Below are positions 51,954 to 64,000 of a DNA stretch of 64,000 nt, piece after piece (the first letter of the stretch is position 1; every line of letters begins with the position of its first letter). The notes under the pieces are model-generated. The model did not search any database. It worked only from the letters and a program-made list of their open reading frames with translations, and had not been told where the DNA came from. The DNA lies in assembly GCA_012295275.1 (NCBI GenBank), contig CM022667.1, positions 20,770,001-20,834,000 on the forward strand, in the 5' to 3' direction. The position numbers and the translations under genes are program-made. Origin of the DNA: Chrysomallon squamiferum. Lineage: Eukaryota; Animalia; Mollusca.

Positions 51954-54875
51954 TTGTTTTTGTTTTTGTTTTTTTAATTTTTGCTGAAGCAGTGGTCTTC
52001 TTGTTTACCAATTATTATTATTTTTTTTTTTTAAATTATTCTCTCTTGCAAAAGAATTCAGATGTTGAAAAGAATTGTTAACCAAAAGGCCATTTACAAA
52101 ACATCAGCATCTTATAATATACCCATGGACGTACAAAAACCTACAAGGAGAAACTTCTGAGTGTAAATATCACATTTTCTGTGAATTTTGTGAAAGAGCA
52201 GTTTCCAATAATCACATATTTTGCAGGTGAGTTAACTTCTGATCTGATTAGTAATACCTCATTTTGGGTCAGTTTCAGTGATCAAAGTTGACACTGTGTT
52301 TAGCTATTGATCAGTTGTTAGAGTCACTTTGTGATAATGAGAGGGTCTAAAAATGATAAGAATGAAGAGACCACCGTATGTACTGGATATTGATGAAGAT
52401 TCATGTCATCATGCACTTAATCGTGTGAAACAGTTCTGCCAACATTAGAATGCAGTGTTAAAATGAATTCCTTTCACAGAGAGACAAATGACATAGTTGT
52501 AATACAGTGTGAACAAGAGGGCTGCTACCAAGTTGATGGAAACCACCTGTATGAAAGAATGTGTGAACCAACCTTTACTGGATAAAGTTTTCTTCCAAAG
52601 CAAAGATAGATCTGATAATGCAGTAAGGTGAACATTTTTTTTTTTTTTTTTTTTTTTTATTCTACATGTTATGAAATACCTAAAAACGTTTTGTAGTCAG
52701 ACATTTGGTAAGTATTGATAACTGGAAATAGAATGCTTTCATTTAAATTGTTTAAAATACATAGATTTTTTTTTAAATTAATAAATGTGTTGTTTATGAA
52801 AATATTAATGTTAAGCCAGACCTACTGAAAGGGCTGACTGCAATGAACCTATCTGGGTCTGATTCATCAAGCCACATGCCATTAAAATATATTTTTGTGT
52901 AGCTCTCATAAAATATGCTTGATCTTATGTCACTTTTTTCTTTTTTGCTTGATTTCCTGCAGGTGTCATTTGGAGCAAAAATCCCCTGTGAAAGAACATG
53001 GATAGTACGTGGAAACCTCATGGCTTTCATGTGTTTATGAAGAATAAACACACTGATAACACATAGAAAATATGTTGAAATCTCAAGATTTCACAAATTT
53101 ATGAACAATAAATACATGGATAATAAATGAAAAAAAAAATGAGGGTAATGTGTTGCAAAAATGTGTGACATTATCATGGATTTCATTTGCAAAAGTGACG
53201 TTTTCCTCTTTAGGTGACATGAAAGTCCACAATATTCGCTATCCAGCTTACCTAAAAAATAAAAAATAAATGTTTTAATTATTTACAACAAAATACAATT
53301 TAGAAACAATTTTTGGTGTAAAAGCTGATGACAAGGGAAAAACTTTAGTAAATGTTTTGAAGATGAAGGTAAACAGAGGACATTAACATTGCACACCAAA
53401 TGAGAAAATTTCAGAATGGAAAAATCAAGGCAAATGATTGTAAAATTCACATCAAAACTGAACAAAAAACAGGCTCTTTTTCATAGTCAGAAATTAAACG
53501 GATCTGGTACTGGCTTAAGTGAAGATTTGGTTGCCAAATATCTGACCTATTTAAAAACAAATATGTGAGCATGAAACTCTTTTAACAGCTTGGTAATTTC
53601 TTTGTGAAGTTAAAGAATAAGTGGCCCAGTTAAAACTTGTGGAATCCACAGACTTATTAAACAAAGTTATTTATGATTCAGACATGAAACATGACTGTTA
53701 TACAAAATATATTTAGATTTATACAACACATTACAATTAAAAAAATCATAGGAATAAAAGTTAGTAAAAAGTATGGTTTACTGGGAGACTAACTGTATTA
53801 GAAAAGATAAAACTTTTAATGTTGCTCAAACTAACCGATTTGTTTTAGCATTACCTAAACCATTGTTAATACAACTAAACACATTATTTTATAAATTTAT
53901 GTGGAATGGTGGTTATGAAAAATGAAAAACCCAGAGTTATAAAACTAAAGTATTAAAATTAAAAATATATGTAAGTTTATAATAGTTTAAAAAAGATGTT
54001 TAATTGTAATCTGAAGTGGTTTAATCTTCAAATTGATTACAAGCTTATCCACAGCTGGCTTGATTAAATATGGCAATCATTTCTTAGTGAATAAAAAATG
54101 AGGAAATATTAAATGCATTCTGGTGAGATACCCTATACAGTTGCTGCTACAAATACAACAAAAACAAAATCTGCAAAATGTAGATGACTTTCTAGGCATT
54201 AGCGTCTGGTATATATTAACAATATATATATAGACAAACAAAAAATCTTTTTTTAATTTATAAATATATTGAACATTTTATTGTTTTTATAACCACTCTA
54301 TTAAATGAATTAGAAAACTGTATGGTATATGAAGAATTCACACAAAAATACCAAACTTTAGAATGTTTCATTAGTAAATGCTGTTAAATATTTTATATAT
54401 AACTAACCTACCTGACCAATGATATAGTTATTTAAGCTAAACATTTTGTTAAGATAAAAAAAAATTGATAAAGAAACATTCTTTTTTAAACTGTAAACAT
54501 GAATAATCTATTAAACAATGGAACCCATGGCTTGACCTTTTTAACTGAAGTATTTATAATAATTATTCAACAAATAGAGGTATAAATTCAGCTTGCTTTG
54601 AAATAGGGTTACAGAACAAGTAATTTATGTAGATTCTTTCATTCCTCTTTTGATCTTTATTCTTTTTAAATTATCTAATCTACTTTCCGTCTTTTTCTAA
54701 TTTTCATTTTGAACTCTGAGCACTTAACTTTCTCTATTATAGATATTCAAACTGTTGTATTGTTTTAATGATATATATATATATATATAAATATATACTT
54801 TTGCTAATATTTTGACATTGTAAGATCATGATGTTGTGTGAACCCCAACTATAACATGGCCTTATTGCAATATAA

Positions 54876-54987
<112 letters not shown>

Positions 54988-56519
54988 AATAAATAAAAAT
55001 AATAAAAGTGTAAACAAATAAATTAATTAAATAATAATAATAAATAATTCACAAAGATTTATGAATAAATTTAATATGAATTTACTATAATTGGCATTGC
55101 TATTTATGCATTCACACAAAAAATAATTTTAACAAAATATTTTGTTCACATCATTTTTATTAGCTTTAATAATCGATGACACCTTCTGCAGTCTTCTCTT
55201 CAATATGCTATAAAGTATTCAAAATTATATTGCAATATAATAATAAAAAACAAAAACAATAACATAAAAGCCTTAGGCCTGTCATACCTAATATTATGAT
55301 CAGAAATGTTTGAAAATTATACTTATAAAGATTTCACTTTATCAGTTTGCTATTTATTTTTCTATAGTTGAAAGGTTCTTGGAAACAGTCTGTGCTCTGT
55401 GAAAGGTCTGAACCAAAGAACAGGATACTTAACTGCTTCAGTATATCTGGGCCATAATTGACACTTTTCTTTTGCACCTTTTATATTCTCAGTGTGGTTA
55501 TATGCCACTGCAAAACATAGCATTAAAGGTGCAGTATCACCATGTCATTTTGTTTTAATGGATTCATTAATACTTGTTTTGTGTCCAATTCCACCTGAGA
55601 TGGTGTCATTTCAGTGGTTTCAGTAAATGGATTCCTCTAGCCTTAGTTTATAACATGAGATTATTTTTTATTTTTCACTTCAGATTTTCATTTATAACGA
55701 GAAGAAGAAGAAAAGTATTAATAATAATAATAATAATAATGACAATAAAAATATATGAAATTGTAATAAATATTTTGCATAAACTATGATAAAATAATTT
55801 TTCTTAATAAACTTCATCCCATCCTAAGTTATTAAAAGTGCAAATATGCTGAATTTCTTTATGATTTTTCACATACAAAAAGCATGTGGCAAAGAATATA
55901 TATTTACTGTTCAACATAAAGCTCAGTGGTTTTGCTTGCCTTGTTTATTTGATTCACAAAATCTGAAATTGTCCCAGATCAAAAGAACCTGATACCAAAT
56001 CAACAAATATATAACTTTATTATAGTTTTGGTATGATTTGATTATTTATCAGGAAGATATTTGCTGGCACATTTCCAAAGAAAATCACAGCATCTTTTCA
56101 AGGCATTTATACAGAATGCAAATATAAATATCTAAACATACTGACGAACAGTGAAATCAATTATCTTCATCACTTTTTAGAGATATCCATAACTGTGTAT
56201 ACAATACACTGGTACATAATTTATGTATTATAGGAGTTTGTTATTATATTTACATTTATGAAATGTAAACATACAACATGTTTGTAATACATTATGAAAT
56301 AGTCTTTTCTTGTTATTAATACCTAATGATTATTTCACGAAGTATATTTATTTAAATAGAGTTTGAAAAAAAAATTATTTTGACCATTCCACAATTATTT
56401 ATTTTCTTACATATACTAGAATATATATAGTTGAAGAATATTTTAATAGTTTTTGTGAATATTTGAGAAATATTCAGTGTTTCAAAATGGTTTCCTGCAC
56501 AATGAGTACAAAAATCATG

Positions 56520-59500
56520 TCAGTGGAGAACATATCTTCTATACAGAGGGTCTAATAACAATGGATCACCAACCAGTTCTGTTAATAAATAAATAAACAA
56601 TGTTTAATGAATAAAACCACAATATTTTTTATTATCTACTAAATTAAGTGATGTCAGACAGTGACTACAATCAGTATTGTTTTAACAATTTGTTTTTAAG
56701 GTTTCATTGTACAAAGATGTAAAACAGTTGAAGGGTTTAACTCTTTACAATTCATTTTCTTATTTCAGATTGTATTTTAACAGTCTTTTAGTGATTACAA
56801 TTACTAACAATTAAAACAAAATGAGAAGAATAAATAAGAAATTAAAATGGCCTTTTTTTTTTTTTTTATATATATTCTAACCACTTATTTATTTCACGCA
56901 GAAGTCTCCCGACATCACAATAACACTTACCCATCCACGGGTGTTTTAGTATAGCCTCAAGTTTGATTCTCTCTATCACAGTTTTAGTCAAGCATCTGGT
57001 TATAAGATCTTTGATTCCTGAAAAATTACATTTTAAACAAGAAAAGAAAAACCAATTAAAATTCAAATGTAGCTCTTAGGATATAAACAGGTGCTCTATA
57101 TATGATTTCATATATGAAATGGAAAAAATGTTATGTATATCATCTCTCTTGACATGAACATTTACTTTCATGCTTTACTGTTATATTAGCAATTTTGGGG
57201 CAAACGTATTTGCAATTTACTATATATAAATGCATTATTAATTAACTTTTCATTAAAAAAAATCTCAAAATTGCCATAATATATAATATAGAAGAAAATA
57301 ATACTTCCTTCTTTGTTTATTAATGAACTTCAGAATTATGAGTTTGATGTTTAACTGAATCCAGAAAAAGATAAATCTGATTTCCAGTATAAAACAGATC
57401 AAAGATACTATATTTTATTACAATTTATCTAAACAGCAATAATACCTGGAGTTAATCCATACAGAAATGGAGGTTCAATGTTAAGAATATCTTCATCATC
57501 TGCAAATGGTACATTTCCACAAACCATGACAAATAACAATATGCCTAATGACCAAACTGTTGCAGAACGAGCATGATATGTTGAATTACCTACCCATTCT
57601 GGGGGACTGTATGCTCTAGTTCCTGAATATAACATACATTTTAAATGATTTCCAATTTTCATATATAAAAAAATGATTAATTTGTGGTTATCATTCTATC
57701 AAGTAATTTATAGTAGAATAAAAAAATAATAATTAAAAAAAATCTGAAATTAATAAAACTATATATCATTTCATGAAAAAGAATCATTTGTCACACAGTA
57801 TCAGAGGTCTTACATATATTTGTTTTGTCGTAACACATATTTTACATATTACTTAGCAATGTCTGCACTACTTTGCTGCAATGTCATTTGTTGCAAGTTT
57901 CACTGCAACTGAACATTGGTCATATGAATGAACATGGACCTGTGTTCTGTTCCAGTTTTTGCTATCTATGGTAGATCTACAGCCATGCTGTTAAAAATCA
58001 GTCTTAAATAAAAAAAAAAGTATTGTTTTACAGATTCAAGAATTTTGTTCCATACACTTGGTTAAGAGAGCAAAACCTACAAAAGTTTTACATGATATAT
58101 AAAATAAATAAGGACATCTACTCACCAGGTAGGCTGGTATAGGTTGCTGCTTGTACAAATGTTGCAGATCCAAAATCAATCAACTTTATCTGTCCAGATG
58201 TCAGGACAAGTAAATTTTCATCTTTAATGTCTCTGTGAACTACTCCATTTTCTATGAGATGAATACAAATTTCTACTACTTGATGAAAAAAATGTCTTGC
58301 TGTAGGTTCTAGCAGAAGACCATTGTGTTTCATATATTCAAACAAGTCAATTGCATGTTCTGGTCTTTCCATCACAAGAATGAAACTGTTTCTTGTCTCG
58401 TAATAATCTAGCATTTTGATCACTCCAGATACATGCTGGACTTTTCCTAACAAACAAATTTCCAGTGGAACTGACTTTCCATTATACTAAAATATATAGC
58501 ATTGGAATAAAATACATATAGTTAATATAAGTTCAATAAACAACAAACTAAATTCACGCCACTTGTACCTTATTACTGCTGCAGTTATTCAGGTGTAAAA
58601 ATAAACAATATTGAAGTATTAACATTTTTAGATAGAGAATATAAAACTGGAAATGAAGCTTACATCAGCCTTTTCTTGAACCTTGTCTTTCAGTATCTGT
58701 TTGATTGCAACCTGTAGTAACAAACTGCATTCAGTGAAATCAAACATAAGAAACTAATTGACTGATTTTGGGGGTTTTTTGTTCTTTTTTTTATTAAATG
58801 TCCGTTTGTAACTGTATTTTACAACATCTGTAAGAATGGATTAAATCTTTATTTTTGACAGATAATCATTAATTAATTTCTGATATTAATTTTTTAACTG
58901 ACAGTTAATAATAATAATTAAATGGAAAATTAGATAATTAAATTTATGTAAAGAAAGGTGAAATAATGAGTTATAAATGCAAAAGAAAATTAGTGAAATT
59001 CTAAGAGCTTTTTTTTAATATAAGTATATTATTGTTGTTGTTGTTGTCACACACACACAATTTCTCTTTAATTTTAGTTTTCAAAGTTTCTTACAGGTAC
59101 TCCATCTTTAAGTCTAACACCACTGAAGACTGTACCAAATCCTCCACTGCCCAAAACGTTACCAACTTCATACTCTCGTACCTTTTTCTTCTTTCTCACT
59201 AATAAATGAAAGCAAGGAAACATTATTCTTGATCTAGTTTTGATCTGTTATTATTTATTAATTATTTTTGAAGTAATATAAAACAAAGCAGTATAAAATG
59301 TTCTGTTTTTAGCAAGTGAGGAGGACACTATTATGAGAATTATAAGTGAAATAGTTATACAAAAAAAAAAAAAAAAGAATATTCTTTTTAACTTTATAAA
59401 ACTAAGATCTGTGAAAAATCTACTCTAAATACCAGATTAATGGATACAATTTTTTTTCACTCAATTTGAAGTACTAATATATATAATTTATTTAGTCAAC

Positions 59501-60683
59501 AAAAGTATCACTAATAATAAAATTAATATATGTTCCATTTATAAGATACAAAAATTATGCAATCTTTATAGATTTCATTATGTTCCTGTTTCTTATTAAA
59601 ATGAGAAAACCTGAATAGATTTTGACCTGTATCAAGGTGTTCCTCATATGAACCTCTCCTTTCTCGGTAAGGATGTTGATTATCTAACAAAACCAAAAAT
59701 ATAATAACAATTACTACTCAGATATATATGTGTGTGAATGTGTGTGAGCATGTGTGTTAAAAACAATTTAATACAGGTATGTTATTACTTCTGTGAAGCC
59801 AAGATATTTGTGTCTGCCAAAAATAGACCTACCCTGAATTTCTTCATTCTGTTGGTCTGTGTATTTATCAGGAAAGTTCTGGTAATCATCGTCACTATAC
59901 GCTGAATCCAGACTTCCTGTATTTGGATCACTTTCATTATCGGCTGCTATTTTCTTAAATATTGTTTCTGATACAGAACCTTGGAAAACAAATAATAATA
60001 GAATGTATATAAAACCCTCCTTTTTTTCTTTAAACAGATATTTTTTTAATTATTATTTTAGCAGTGGACATCATGAGAATTTAGCAAAATGTTATAAAAT
60101 AATAAAACAATAGATTTGAAGATAATTCAGTGGTCATGTAAACCATGTACATTTTTTTCTCTTTTCATCACTCTCAAAAAATGACAACTTTAAAACCTAC
60201 CAAATAATGCTAATGTATGGTTAAAAAGTGTTGTCATAATCCCTGAATTGTATTCTGTTTGAGCTTAATGGGGTTTTGGTTTTTAGGGTTTTTTTTTTTT
60301 CCATATACAAAAGTCAAGAAGAGCTGGAGCCATGCTAATGTTAAAGAGTAATTGGCTACAGGAATATTGCTGGATTTAAAAAAAGAAAAGAAGAAGCAAA
60401 ATAAAAAGTTATGGTTTAAAAGTACATCATTTTTCAGATTTTTTCATTACCATTCTTAATTACCATTCTTTTTCTGTAAAATTTTGAAAATTTGTGCTGA
60501 TGTCTACAGCAAGTTTAAAACAGACTCAAACACACACACATAAAGTGTAATAATAACCCAATTAAATTTATATTTTTTGACAATTTATTTATTATAATGG
60601 TCCAGTATATGGAGCAAAATATTCTACATCTCCTTCCACTGACACCAGATGCAAATAAAAAATGCCCTACCAGGCTGTAACAT
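56520..60683 (-). CDS. PIM-family serine/threonine kinase (about 350 aa)
   Basis: Exons 60683-60671 (tentative start), 59979-59833, 59683-59627, 59198-59095, 58711-58664, 58486-58126, 57622-57446, 57017-56931 and 56578-56520 (tentative last exon); 1053 nt in frame. Motifs [18 protein letters not shown], hinge [28 protein letters not shown] and ATVWSLG are PIM-diagnostic. Confidence 0.9.
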
Positions 60684-61436
60684 CAGAAATATTTCAAGAT
60701 GTTCAAGAAAGAAGAAATAGTCAGAAAAGAAACAGATGATTTTTAGCCTTTTTGTCCACACTTCCAAAATTTAAGGTGGAAATAAGAAGTTTTATCTGAA
60801 AATTCAAGAGTAGAATCTCTCTGATATGTATGTTATTGTGTGTTGATTTGTTGAAGCGTGGTTAATAATAACAACTGGAAAAATAAGAATTTGTTTAATA
60901 AAACCAATTTATGAGTGAAATAAAAGGCATAATGTAGGAATGTCGATGTTCAGTTTATGAAAATTACCAATATTGCTTATGCAATATACTTTCCATTTAA
61001 TGAAGTAAAATTATGTTTGTCATTTTGTGTCATTGGAAATTTATAGTCACTTAAGGCTTCAAACATGCTCTGCATTTTGGGGGGATTTAATACAGAAGTG
61101 CATTGATATAGTTATTTAATATAATGGTTATGTATAATGAGATTGGCCAAAGTGTTAATATTTTGTTCTTCTTCTTCTTTTTTTAATTTTTTTTCAGACT
61201 TGTAGTACTAAAGAGTATAATACAGTTTATTCAATTACGCCTTTTATTTTGTTTAAATCAAACTTTTAAATTCAGGAGCATAAATTTGTACAGTGAAAAG
61301 ATGATATGTTGAAAATGAATGGGGCGAGCAAACCTTTTAAAACAGAGGCTGGATGGATTTTATAAGAAGAGAATGAGCACCAGAATGTGAAATGAAAACA
61401 AAAAAGATATCAAAAACGTGTTTTATGTTAGAAGAG

Positions 61437-63170
61437 TTAATGAGATGGGTATTGTTGAATACCATGAAGCAGCAATTCAATGTCAGGCTTAATTGAGGTG
61501 GTCGACAAGCAAAGAATGTCATTTAGATGGCAATCAGAGAACTGTGAGTGAAGGTGATACGTTGTATATTGCATTTTCAAGAAAAATGTACTTCCAAACA
61601 TAGCTATAAAGTGCTGAACATGTTTAATAAATTGTAGAAATTTGCCAGATGGAAGGATGACATCACAGAAGAATGAAAGGGGAGAAGAAGTGCTGAACTT
61701 AATTTATAATTGCATTGCATATCTACTAACTCCATCTGCCATGAAGCTGAAGAATCATCCACTGGGATTTCAAAAGGGGGACTGAATAATTTGAAAACTG
61801 CAGATAGTGATCAGATACCTCCAAAATGGGAGGCAAATTCTTCCCGCAGTGATATGATGACTGCAGCACAAGTCAGGAATATCAGGAAATGAACAAGCAG
61901 CAAGATGTGGAAAATGCTGAAACTGACCATTACACAACTGGGATTCCTACAACCATAGTAACACTTCATATGCTGTTATATGTGACTACAGCTCTGGAAT
62001 GTAAGAATGTCCTTACCTTCCAACTGAGAGTGTTGAGGTGTGTGGTGATATCCATAAGAAAAGCCAGGAAGGGCAATCCATTTTGAGTCTGTAAAATTAT
62101 CAGCATAAGGGAGGTTCTTCTCATGAAGAAAGTTGAAAATTTCTTGTTGCAGGTCCCATACACGACTCAGCCAGCGCATTTCAGAAAAGTAGAGCAGGTC
62201 AGCAGGGTGTGCACTGACTTCATCCATCAGTACCTGGAATTGGCAATGTTTCAGACTGTGAGAAAGTATGGAATTGACAACATTCACTACAACTGACATG
62301 ACATCAAGGAGATTTGCAGACTTGGCACATAATTACTCTTGATGGATGTTGCAGTTTATGGATGGTCTGATTGTGTCCAAGAGCCTCACAATGGCAAACG
62401 AGCATAGAAGCTGCACCTTTATTCTCTCCAGTGATTGCCGGTGCACCATCAGCTGTTACACTTACAAGATGGGAGAGATCAAGGGAGTGGTGCTCCATCC
62501 ACTGAAGTAAGGCACTGAATATGTCTTTTCCACTGGTGGTGCCATGTAGTCAAATAATCTCCAAGAACTCTTCATGCACCTTGAGGGCAGAAGTTACACC
62601 AAGTATGAAAACAGTCCAGTTGGGCTGTGACTTTCATATCACTGCTCTCAATAAGAGCAAAAAGAAGGCGACAAAGGTTGAGTATTTACTCTTTAATGAG
62701 TCTTGCACTCTATCTGACATCTCAGCACAATGGCGAATAGTACGAGACAACAGACTCATATTATCTATGACTGAACATTGTTCTGGGCAGACAGAATTCA
62801 CCACAGTTGTGAGACATTCCTTGACAGTGTCCATTTGTTGAGCAAAAGTAGTGAAACTTTGTAACTTGCAAGTGTCACTTTTTCATGCTGAGATATCTGT
62901 TTACAAAACATCAAAATGCCTTTTTCAAGATTGCCTGACAGTTTTGCGATGGCATTCTTTTTCTCAGCAGCAGACATTGAAGTAAATTTTAAAGATCAAT
63001 GTGCTGTTTCCCCATGGTGGTGCTCATTAAATTCTTTGAAGACAGCAACAGATCAGGCACTGAGCTTGTCCAAACTGATCAATGAAAAAGGACTTCTCCG
63101 TCCACTCAGAGTTAAATGTCTGAATTTCCATATCCACTTTTCTCTGTTTTCAGTGCGAGGTTGCAGACAT
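61437..63170 (-). pseudogene. hAT transposase pseudogene with multiple stops and frameshifts
   Basis: Fragments KQRKVDMEIQTFNSEWTEKSFF, VSVTADGAPAITGENKG, LLYFSEMRWLSR, MFGST and terminal PSH* occur in the expected order but in different frames. Confidence 0.85.
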
Positions 63171-63547
63171 GATTGACTAGGGAAAAATGATAGATAGTAA
63201 AAAGAATGCAAAAACCAGTTCTGTTCATGACAGCAAGAAGTTAGCTTGGTTCAATTTGCCTGCGTGTCAGGATTGAATAAACGATTGATATAGTTAGCAT
63301 ATTTTGAATTGAGTGAAGCAAGCAGGCATCCAAAATTCGGAAGTGGGCACTATTGATTCGACAAATGCCTTCAAGACACCTTAAATTTTAAACTTCAGTG
63401 TGACTTGAATCAAAAAAAATAACTGTGTCAGCTGACTTTATTTCAGTGATTTTTATTTTGCTGTCTCACGAGCCAAATGGCAATGTTAATTATGAATAGT
63501 TTGGCAGGCCAGAAGTAAACCTTCACCAGCTGGATCTGGCCTGATTG

Positions 63548-63808
63548 CAGAGCGGGCGGCTAAAGTGTCGGAGGCCCCAGGCATCCAAATGGGGGGGGCA
63601 TCCAATCAGAAAAATAACTTTATAAAAATGATTGATTTATATTTAAATTAAATAAAGTGTTTATTTTATATTTCATCTGTGTTCACATATTCAAAATATC
63701 TTCCTTTCTCATAATATTTCTCAGTGCTAGGCCATATACTTGAGTCTTTGGGGCATACAATCAAGGAGTTGACCCCAGGGGTCATCACAGGACCTCAGCA
63801 CGCCACTG
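63548..63808. mobile_element. GC-ended MITE nested in the hAT subterminal region
   Basis: Termini CAGAGCGG and CACGCCACTG interrupt the hAT end motif (GGATCTGGCC...GCCGGAGTTTGC). Confidence 0.5.
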
Positions 63809-63869
63809 GCCGGAGTTTGCTTGCCTCTGATACAATGTATGTGAAGTGTACGCATGTACTTATGCAACT

Positions 63870-64000
63870 GGTAATCGAACGCGTCCTAGAAATTAGCCAG
63901 CCGAACAAAACCGAATCGAGCCGAATGATGAAAACAAAATGGCGGCCGAGAATATTCGGAAACGTTTCTTATTTCTTTTTTATATAGTTTGTCGTAGAGC
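63870..64000. promoter_or_regulatory. CpG-rich probable (bidirectional) promoter
   Basis: Abrupt CpG enrichment, YY1-type CAAAATGGCGGC at 63935-63946, and a position upstream of the minus-strand PIM gene. Confidence 0.5.

Larger units (their letters stand above)
61319..63829 (-). mobile_element. Decayed hAT transposon (GTF2IRD2/EPM2AIP1/SPIN-like)
   Basis: Degenerate TIRs ATGGGGCGAGCAAAC and (rc) CAGAGGCAAGCAAAC enclose a disrupted transposase. Confidence 0.75.

Noticed and set aside
56866-56930. PIM C-terminus by read-through (GKCYCDV...LEYI*)
   Set aside because: A perfect G|GTAAGT donor at 56930 and an in-frame downstream exon (56578-56520) are more plausible. Read-through remains possible as an isoform.
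61437-63170. Domesticated GTF2IRD2/EPM2AIP1-like host gene
   Set aside because: It has many stops and frameshifts and residual TIRs, so it is a decayed transposon.

Overview
AT-rich, intron-rich invertebrate animal DNA. A Nin-domain SINE fragment and mosaic CpG depletion suggest a mollusc or other lophotrochozoan; this is not certain. Three spliced host genes could be assembled by hand with consistent intron phases: (1) a ZDHHC1/11-type palmitoyltransferase (+, 4262-9481, 11 coding exons) with a U12-type minor intron, a 24-nt microexon and a C-terminal -TEV motif; (2) a divergent UNC-93-like MFS membrane protein (-, 40040-19496, 4 coding exons); (3) a PIM-family Ser/Thr kinase (-, about 60683-56520) whose activation-loop phosphomimetic Asp is replaced by Ser. 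Mobile DNA is abundant. It includes a full-length Tigger/pogo element with an intact DD36D transposase that contains a 170-bp copy of nearby host sequence, two further TA-flanked elements stacked next to it, a solo LTR with a 4-bp TSD, Tc1, MULE, hAT and R4/Dong-like relics, several MITEs, and 35-bp and 52-bp minisatellites. There is no CRISPR, rRNA or tRNA. I found no unambiguous new biological system; the best leads are ranked under findings. All identifications come from manual motif recognition, with no database searches.
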